A stretch of DNA of 32,000 nt from the NCBI RefSeq assembly GCF_021903335.1, contig NZ_CP074364.1. One strand, given 5' to 3'. The notes under the pieces are model-generated. The model was not told the DNA's origin. It searched no databases and was given only the letters and a program-made list of their open reading frames with translations. Below are positions 9,901 to 16,600 of this stretch, piece by piece. The DNA comes from Xanthomonas cerealis pv. cerealis (lineage in GTDB: Bacteria; Pseudomonadota; Gammaproteobacteria; Xanthomonadales; Xanthomonadaceae). The position numbers and the translations under genes are program-made. Every line of letters starts with the position of its first letter. Position 1 is the stretch's first letter.

Positions 9901-10270
9901 TGAGGAAGCCGGAATCCATGTGCTTGAACACACGCTGCCGCAGGCCCTTGAACGCCTTCGCCGCCCGCGCGCCCAGCGTGGAGCGGCGCAGCGCGCCCAG
10001 CGCGGCGAAGCCGGCATGCAACCCCAGCGTCATCCACGACACGGTCAGTGGCCCGCCGACTTGCACGTTGGTCGGGATGGCCACATTGATGCCGGTCGGC
10101 AGCAACAGCGAACGCAGCGGCTTCTTGGGCTTCTTGAACCGGAACGGCGGGATCAGCCCGGCGAGATTGCAGTCCAACACCGGCACCGCCAGCCGCGAGA
10201 ACGGGTCGCCGTCGGCCGACACCGTCTTGCTGCCCATGAAGATCTCTTCGCCATCGAACTGCGGCCCCAT
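6995..10270 (-). pseudogene. Rhs core pseudogene (copy 4): N-terminally deleted, internal TGA, no C-terminal toxin
   Basis: ORFs 7181..10270 plus 6995..7180 are collinear with residues ~74-1150 of the intact Rhs genes (offset 7927 nt from copy 2). The PVWVGNVA Trp codon of the intact copies (cca at 15108-15110) reads tca here (TGA, 7181-7183). Rhs homology stops near 7050, right after ...YPGTFVPLALIEKE, so there is no C-terminal core, DPxGL motif or toxin. Confidence 0.85.
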
Positions 10271-10357
10271 CGGCAGGCTCAGCTGCGGCGGAGCCGGTAA
10301 GGGCGGACGGCGGCGGCTCGGTCCAGGCGGGGATCTCGTTGTCCAGCGGATGGCGGA
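7050..10357 (-). repeat. Direct repeat unit R3 (~3.3 kb), a degenerate third copy of R1/R2
   Basis: The offset is 7927 nt from R2 (7704..7898 = 15631..15825, and 9324..9542 = 17251..17469). It has scattered substitutions and lacks 421 bp and 21 bp relative to R2. Confidence 0.85.
10291..10357 (-). pseudogene. Remnant of the 3' tail of the 541-aa vgrG-adjacent gene, fused to Rhs copy 4 by a deletion
   Basis: The sequence gagccggtaagggcggacgg...cggctcggtccaggcggggatctcgttgtccagcggatggcgga matches 24640-24756 and 18639-18726, minus a 21-nt internal deletion. It ends at the same novel junction ggcgga|agccttatatcc seen at 18726. Confidence 0.7.
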
Positions 10358-10420
10358 AGCCTTATATCCAAGGCAATAAGTCGCACGCAGTAATTGGATA
10401 CCAAGTGCCTCCTCTCAGCA

Positions 10421-10879
10421 TCAGCGACCACCGCCCTGCTCGCTAGCAAACTTCTCCCAGAGTAAGTCTGATATATATTCAGCAAACTGGGGCATCGATG
10501 ATGCGGAAGGCGGAGCATTTTCTTCTGTATATGATGCAGAGTCGCCATTCACCCTTAAAAAACTTCGACTACCCCGAAGTCCTTTGTAAAAGAGCAAATT
10601 ATCAATATCTTTAGCCACAAAATCAGGCTCCCGCCTTATTACAGGCCACTCGCCCGACTCGATAGCCAAAGTAACAATATTATGAACAGGAAGTATACGC
10701 CCGGATTCAACTATGTCGTCCGTATATGTGAAATCGCCTTTGAAATTATTAAAAAACTCTGCCAATCTCCACTTTCCATCCATGTAAATTATTTTACCAA
10801 ACCCGTAACCGCGGCCGCGAAGAGGGATAGCAAAGACATCCCCGACTGACAGCAACGACTTGCCTCGCTTAATAACCAT
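10421..10879 (-). CDS. Putative immunity protein for the orphan GIY-YIG-like Rhs toxin (Imm26-like by eye)
   Basis: Low-GC ORF directly downstream of the orphan toxin. The ATG at 10879 has AGGTGG 6-7 nt upstream; the track start at 10888 is GTG. The N-terminus, MVIKRGKSLLSVGDVFAIPLRGRGYGFGKIIY, resembles the xGDvfxiPLxdGxyGyg pattern of some polymorphic-toxin immunity families. The family call is weak. Confidence 0.6.
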   Translation of the reverse strand: MVIKRGKSLLSVGDVFAIPLRGRGYGFGKIIYMDGKWRLAEFFNNFKGDFTYTDDIVESGRILPVHNIVTLAIESGEWPVIRREPDFVAKDIDNLLFYKGLRGSRSFLRVNGDSASYTEENAPPSASSMPQFAEYISDLLWEKFASEQGGGR

Positions 10880-10984
10880 CAAACCCACCTATGTTCTGCA
10901 AACGGAGGGAGGACTGCTCATCGCATCATAATGTTTCTTGTATGCTATACCTCTCTCATCTTGTCTATTTACATCAAAGCCCAC

Positions 10985-12601
10985 CTACATATTACCTTCA
11001 CACCCAGGCCCTAAAGGCTTTCCGCGCTGAGAAGTCCGGAGCGCAGTCTCATTATATTTTTCAATATAAAAATGCTCCTTGCCTCTAGCCTCCGCATAAG
11101 TCCGTGCAGAATTCAACTCAATACTTTCAAGCTCGCCGTGAAGTCTACGACTTTCTTGATGTTCGTTCATGCGATCCCAGAACCTAGAGTCCTCGGTCAA
11201 CCCAACGTATTTAACGTCACCACTTTTTTTATCAACCAATGCATAAATTGTGTATCCCTTGCCATCTGCCCCAGTGTACTCAAGGTCAATTAAGCCAAGC
11301 GGATCAACCCAAGAAGTGGAACTGGGCGCATACTTATAAAAGTCGATTCCCGCAACAAGCCCCAACGGATCCCTGCTTACATATTGCCCGGCGATTGTAT
11401 CAAAATATCTATACCGGTTATAATTAAGGCCACTCTCGCCATCGAAATACTGCCCCTGATAACGAATATTGTTCTCTACTTCAGCGACAGATGACGAATA
11501 AGCACGCCCCCAAGCGCTATAGTTAACGGACCAAACAGTCTCTCCTGCACTATTTGTCATCCGCGTAGGACATCCATTGGGATCGACCTGATAGTGATAG
11601 CTCACCGATCGCCATCCCCCTGATTCAGCCGACCTGGAAAAGCTGAATTGCAGTTCTTCTTTTGCTCTATCCGCTGCGGCGAGCGCATTAACTTCCGGCG
11701 CATCTGCCGCCGATGTATTGACGGCGACATAACGGCTACCCGCCACCTGAGTCTTGCTGGAAGCGGACGGTTCGCCCCATGCACCCAAGGCGACCAAGTT
11801 CGACGGCTTTTGCTCGCCCTCTGCCGATGCCTCATCGGATTTCGCCACACCAGTTGGCGGATCGAGCAAGGCTCCCGCAATCACAGGTGCTTTAGTTCCC
11901 GCCCCCTGCCCCAGCGCCAGGTCTCCGCCCAGCGTGCCCAGCCCACCACCACCAGGCGGCTTGCCGGACTTGATGGCTGTCCGCGTCACCATCGTCGCAT
12001 GCTTTGCAGCGCCGTCGGCCGGTGCCAGTTTGGGTGCGGACGACGCCAGCACGCCCAGCGGCGCGGATGGCGTTCGCTGCGGCGGGGACATGTCTGCGGG
12101 CGCGGATGGCTTTGGAGCCTGGGTGGAATCCGAGCCGCGACTGTCCGTCAACGCATGCTTAGCCACAGCCGGCGCATCGGGTTGCGATATCTGCGAGATC
12201 GAACTTGTAGCGAGCTGCGCCAACTCGAGCGGCGCAGCACACTGCTCCTTCTCGATCAACGCCAGCGGCACGAAGCTGCCTGGGTAGTACACGTACTCCC
12301 GCGTGCGCTCATGTAGGCGCTTGAGCTTGTCCTGGCGCTTGCGTACGTTGCCGCGCGCGTCGTAGGCGAATTCGGTGCGCAGGCCTTCGGCGTCGGTGAC
12401 CGCCACGGTGCGGCCGACCGCGTCGTATTCGAACACGGTGACGCCGTCCAGCGCGTCGATCTCGCACAGCGGCAGGCGGTGCTCGTCGAACTTGACCAGC
12501 GATACGTGGCCGAGCGAGTCGGTCACCTGGGTCTCGCGCAGCAGGTCGTCGTAGGCGAAACGGTAGTCGTACAGGCCGCCGTCGCCCCAGGCGTGCACCA
12601 C
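10985..12601 (-). CDS. Orphan Rhs fragment: short piece of Rhs core, internal deletion, low-complexity linker, C-terminal Rhs core and GIY-YIG-like nuclease toxin
   Basis: It starts in the middle of the Rhs core (RVVHAWGDGGLYDYRFAYD; DNA homology runs up to ~12630). At 12346/12347, FAYDARGN is joined directly to VRKRQDKLKRLHERTREYVYYPGSFVPLALIEKE, so about 640 core codons are missing. Next come YHYQVDPNGCPTRM...YNRYRYFD...WVDPLGL and a 101-aa tail. There is no canonical start or RBS, only an in-frame GTG. Confidence 0.8.
   Translation of the reverse strand: MVHAWGDGGLYDYRFAYDDLLRETQVTDSLGHVSLVKFDEHRLPLCEIDALDGVTVFEYDAVGRTVAVTDAEGLRTEFAYDARGNVRKRQDKLKRLHERTREYVYYPGSFVPLALIEKEQCAAPLELAQLATSSISQISQPDAPAVAKHALTDSRGSDSTQAPKPSAPADMSPPQRTPSAPLGVLASSAPKLAPADGAAKHATMVTRTAIKSGKPPGGGGLGTLGGDLALGQGAGTKAPVIAGALLDPPTGVAKSDEASAEGEQKPSNLVALGAWGEPSASSKTQVAGSRYVAVNTSAADAPEVNALAAADRAKEELQFSFSRSAESGGWRSVSYHYQVDPNGCPTRMTNSAGETVWSVNYSAWGRAYSSSVAEVENNIRYQGQYFDGESGLNYNRYRYFDTIAGQYVSRDPLGLVAGIDFYKYAPSSTSWVDPLGLIDLEYTGADGKGYTIYALVDKKSGDVKYVGLTEDSRFWDRMNEHQESRRLHGELESIELNSARTYAEARGKEHFYIEKYNETALRTSQRGKPLGPGCEGNM
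10988..11290 (-). other. GIY-YIG-like nuclease toxin domain of the orphan Rhs-CT
   Basis: The sequence after DPLGL is IDLEYTGADGKGYTIYALVDKKSGDVKYVGLTEDSRFWDRMNEHQESRRLHG...ARGKEHFYIEKYN. TIY and YVG are 11 residues apart, followed by Arg, His, then Glu and Asn. This is the GIY-YIG order of conserved residues. GC is low. Confidence 0.6.
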
Positions 12602-12733
12602 CCGCCAATGCGCGTCGTAGGCGCCTTCTCTCCAAGGGGGACTACAGCAGATCTCACTACTTGGCTTCTGAAAGAACTTTCAGCAACATCGATAAATTTC
12701 ATCATTCATTACTTTATCGCCAGACATTGACTA

Positions 12734-13282
12734 TCAATCAGGCTTTTCTGCCGCTTCTTCTAGCCATCTAATCAAAGCACTGTTAGCCGAGCCATTTAGC
12801 CTTAGGGCTCTCTCAGTATTCGAATAAGTCGGAGGAATCAATTCGACATTAATCAGAACGCTTCTTCTAGGTTGATTCTTTGAAAAAATACCCTCTGAGT
12901 CAAGCATACTCATCGCACGCTCCATCGCTATTATTCTTGAATCAAGCTCAATCAGCCAACCCTCGGAATCAAGACTTTCTATTCCCGGCCTAGCTCCAAA
13001 AACCGCCTGGAGACCGGCAAAGGCATCGCCAGCGTAGTCGATGTAAGGCGAATCGGCATAAGACCACCTGACATACTCGAAATACTCCTCAGACTCCTGG
13101 CCTTTTTGTTTTTCCCTAGCCAACGCTTGCTCAGACCATGCAGAAAGGAAAGGAGGATGACCTTCTTCAGTAGTTACCAATACGCAATAATAAAAATTTT
13201 CATCATGCTTTTCTTCGAATAGTGTAGAGAATGCCTGCTTGGAGCAAGCATATATCTCACACACCAGATCATCATCGAACAT
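12734..13282 (-). CDS. Putative second immunity/accessory protein of the rhs2 cassette (DUF4303-like by eye)
   Basis: 182-aa low-GC ORF lying 16 nt downstream of the first immunity gene. The pattern ...AFSTLFEEKHDENFYYCVLVTTEEGHPPFLSAWSEQAL...YVRWSYADSPYIDY resembles DUF4303 proteins, which are often found next to polymorphic toxins. Confidence 0.55.
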   Translation of the reverse strand: MFDDDLVCEIYACSKQAFSTLFEEKHDENFYYCVLVTTEEGHPPFLSAWSEQALAREKQKGQESEEYFEYVRWSYADSPYIDYAGDAFAGLQAVFGARPGIESLDSEGWLIELDSRIIAMERAMSMLDSEGIFSKNQPRRSVLINVELIPPTYSNTERALRLNGSANSALIRWLEEAAEKPD

Positions 13283-13298
13283 TTAGTTTATTGCAACA

Positions 13299-13667
13299 TC
13301 AAGCAGAAAAACCAAAAACACCGACAAGCGTCAAGCCGTTGTACTTGGAACCGACAGTGACTGAACCGTCAAAATCGATCATACTGAAACAATGGCTGGC
13401 CTGGGTAATCCCAAAAGCACTACAAGCACTCAGAAGCTCATCTTCGAACTGGTCGGAATACGGCACCTCAATTATGACATCTTCAACAGACGTGGGGCCA
13501 CCCGCGTTATAAGCCGAGAACTTATCGAAATCGAACCACTCTTTTTGGGTGTCCTTGCAAAACCCACACTCGGCTCCGTATTTTTCAACATCGAAATATT
13601 TCTCCCATTCCCTATCGTTTCCAGGGTAGACGCCAAGCCACACATGGATACTTTTATCGTTTTTCAT
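13299..13667 (-). CDS. Putative immunity protein of rhs2 (Imm22-like by eye)
   Basis: 122-aa low-GC ORF whose ATG lies 3 nt after the rhs2 stop. MKNDKSIHVWLGVYPGNDREWEKYFDVEKYG...WFDFDKF matches the hvWlGxf...eeYf...yDxDf pattern I associate with Imm22-type immunity proteins. Confidence 0.6.
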   Translation of the reverse strand: MKNDKSIHVWLGVYPGNDREWEKYFDVEKYGAECGFCKDTQKEWFDFDKFSAYNAGGPTSVEDVIIEVPYSDQFEDELLSACSAFGITQASHCFSMIDFDGSVTVGSKYNGLTLVGVFGFSA

Positions 13668-13670
13668 TGA

Positions 13671-16600
13671 TCACCTGCACTTGAGTTTTCTAGCCATAGA
13701 CCCACCATTTCTCACATGCTGCCGCATGAACTTCTTTATAATCCTTACTGCGCCTAATTTTGTATTAGCCCTTCCCAGTCGATTAGACAGATCAATATGC
13801 GCATGGGAACTTGCCCGCGCAGATTGACCGGCGGGCAAAGGCTTACCCGTTGAGTGAGGCCCACTTAGTGTCGCCCCCGGCCTCCTAGGATCAGCAACAT
13901 TTTCAAACCAAACGTCATCTACGGGAGAGGAAAGTTTCATAAGTTCTTCATAGCTGAAACCGAGGGACTTCGCCTTCGCAGCCATGGATACTGGAAACCA
14001 CTCGTGTCGGCCGCCAGAACCTCGCAAAGCCGATTGGACCTGATCCCTAGTTTTGGGATCGGCCATTGCATCAACTATGTCTTGCTCGTTTGCCGCGTTA
14101 AACCAATCGCCAAACCCTTGGCCTGCATTACCCCACGGCGTCGAAATCCACCCCAATGGATCTGCCCACTGAAGCGAGTTGTAGGCATACTGGTAAAGAT
14201 TAAGACCTCCAAGCAGGCCAATCGGATCAGCCCCAATATACTGCCCCAGACGGGCGTCATAGTACCTATATCTATTGTAGTTCAGGCCAGTCTCTTCATC
14301 AAAAATTTGGCCCTGATATCGCAAGCAAGTATCAATCAAATTTATGTGCTGAACTAGCACTCCGCCCCAGGCAGCATAACTGACCGCCCAGAGTATTTCG
14401 CCCTTAGCACTTGTAACTCTGGTTGGGCACCCATTTAGATCAACATGATAGTGATAAACGACTGAGCGCGACTCAAGAATGTCCTCCTGATTCGGAAGAT
14501 GTGAATTAGTTCCTTCACTCTCGTCCAACCCTGTCGATTGAGACGAGGCAGGGCTGAACATGCTTTTCGTTGTCTCAGCTAGATGAGTATCCCTGCGATC
14601 AATGCTAGAGCTCCACAATTGCATTCCCATGCGCATGGGTGACGACGATTGCTTGAGCAAAGCGTCAGCCTGTCGCTTACTGGTCACAGGGACTTGCGTC
14701 GCCTCCGAAAACTCTAAACCTTCTACGGCGTTCTCTTCAACAGCCCGTACAGATAGAGGTATTGCATCGCCGGTAGTGCCTCCGAGTGCTGTACCTCCAA
14801 GCACGCCGAAGCTGTTTGCTGAAATCTGTCGCGCACCTACTGACGCTGCGAATTTCGCTGCTCCGTCAGGCCTTCCCGCGTTAGCGATTTTACCGGGCGA
14901 GGTTGATACAGCCTTGCTGGCCGAGTGTGTACCCGCTCTCTCGCCGTCTGCAGTGTTCGCCTTTGATGCCGTCCGCGGTTCTTTTTCCACCAGCGCAAGC
15001 GGTACGAACGTGTCCGGGTAATAAACATACTCGCGCGTACGCTCATGCAGCTTGGCAAGCTTCTCCTTACGGCGCTTGGCCTCGATCAGGTTCGCGACAT
15101 TGCCCACCCACACCGGCGCCGCGTCCGGTTCGTCGTGGGCCTGCTTCACTTCGCCCAGCAGCGCGTCCCCGTCCCAGTAGAACCAGGTGGTGTGGGTCGG
15201 GTTGCGCTTGAACACGCGCCGGCCCAGCGGGTCGTAGCCGTAGTGGGTGGTTTGGCCGGCCTTGCGGCTTTCGGCCAGGCGGTGGTTGGCGTCCCAGAGC
15301 AGTTCCAGGTCGTCCGGTTCCGGGCCGTTCGGGCTGCCCTTGCGGACCAGGTCGCCGGCGCGGTCGAACACGTAGTGCACGCCGTCGTAGCTGCCTTCGC
15401 GGGTCCACTGCACCTGCTGCTCGTCGTCGCCGCCGGCCACCTTGCGCAGCTGCACCTGCTGCACGCGCGTGGCCAGGCGGTCGCCGGCCGGATCGTTGAA
15501 GAAGCGCTCGATGCGGCCCTTCGGGTCGGTGTGCTGCAGCAGCCGGCCCAGCACGTCGTAGCGGTATTCGTCCACGCCCTGCGCGCTGTCGCGGCGGTGG
15601 GTCAGGTTGCCGGCGCGGTCGTAGTCGTAGGTGGTCTCGAACAGCGGCGCGGCATCGCGCAACACGGTCTGCGCGGTCAGCAGGCTGCGCCCGTCGTACT
15701 GGAACTGGCGCTGCACCTGCGCGCTGAGCTGTTCGCGGGTGGTGCGGCCCAGCGCGTCGCGCTCGATGGCGATGGGCGCATCGTCGTTGATCGCCACCTC
15801 GACCACCTGGTCGCGCAGGTCGTAGCCGAACGCGATCCGGTTGCCGGCGGAGGTCTCGCGCAGCACGCGGTTGCCCACTTCGTCATAGCCGTAGCCGACG
15901 CGGAAGCCGTCCTGCACTTCCTCCAGCACCTGCCCCAGCGCGTCGAACCTGCGCGTGGCGGTGCGATGCCGGTTGCGCAGTTCCACCAGCTGCCCGCGCG
16001 CGTCGTAGGCGAACTGCTCCTGCACCTGCTGGCCCGGCGTGCGTATGTCCGGCAAGGTCTTCCTGACGATGCGCCCGAGCGGGTCGGTGGCGAAGGCAAT
16101 GCGCTGGCCCATCGGGTCGATCGTCGCGGTCAGCCGCCCGCAGGCGTCGTACTGGTAGTGCCGCGACTGGCCCCAGTAGTCGGTCTCCTCGACGATGCGG
16201 CCCAGCGGATCGCGGCGCAGCCGGTAGGCCTCGCCGCGCTGGTTGATCACCGCCACCAGCTGTTCTTCGCTGTCGTAGCGGTATTCCACCGTGTGCCCGT
16301 CCGGCTGCACGCGCTTGCCGATCTGGCCGATGCCCACGTAGTGCAGCCGCGTCTGCGCCCCGGCTTCGTCCACGTAGCGCACCAGCTGGTCCTCGGCGTC
16401 GTAATCGCACTGCACCTGCCCGCCGTCGGCCGAGCGGATGCGCAGCAGCCGGCCCTTGGCGTCGTAGTCGTAGTGCGTGGCCTGGCCCAGCGGATCGACC
16501 TGCTTGTGCAGCCGCCCCAGCGCGTCGTGCGCGTAGCGGCTCTCGTGGCCCAGCGCGTCGCGCAGCCAGGCCAGCAGGCCGTAGCGGTCGTAGCCCAGCT

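Noticed and set aside
12668-12683. Perfect palindrome ctgaaag-aa-ctttcag downstream of the DUF4303-like gene, a possible terminator.
   Set aside because: The stem is AT-rich and short, the loop is too small and no T-tract follows on either strand. It is not convincing as an intrinsic terminator.
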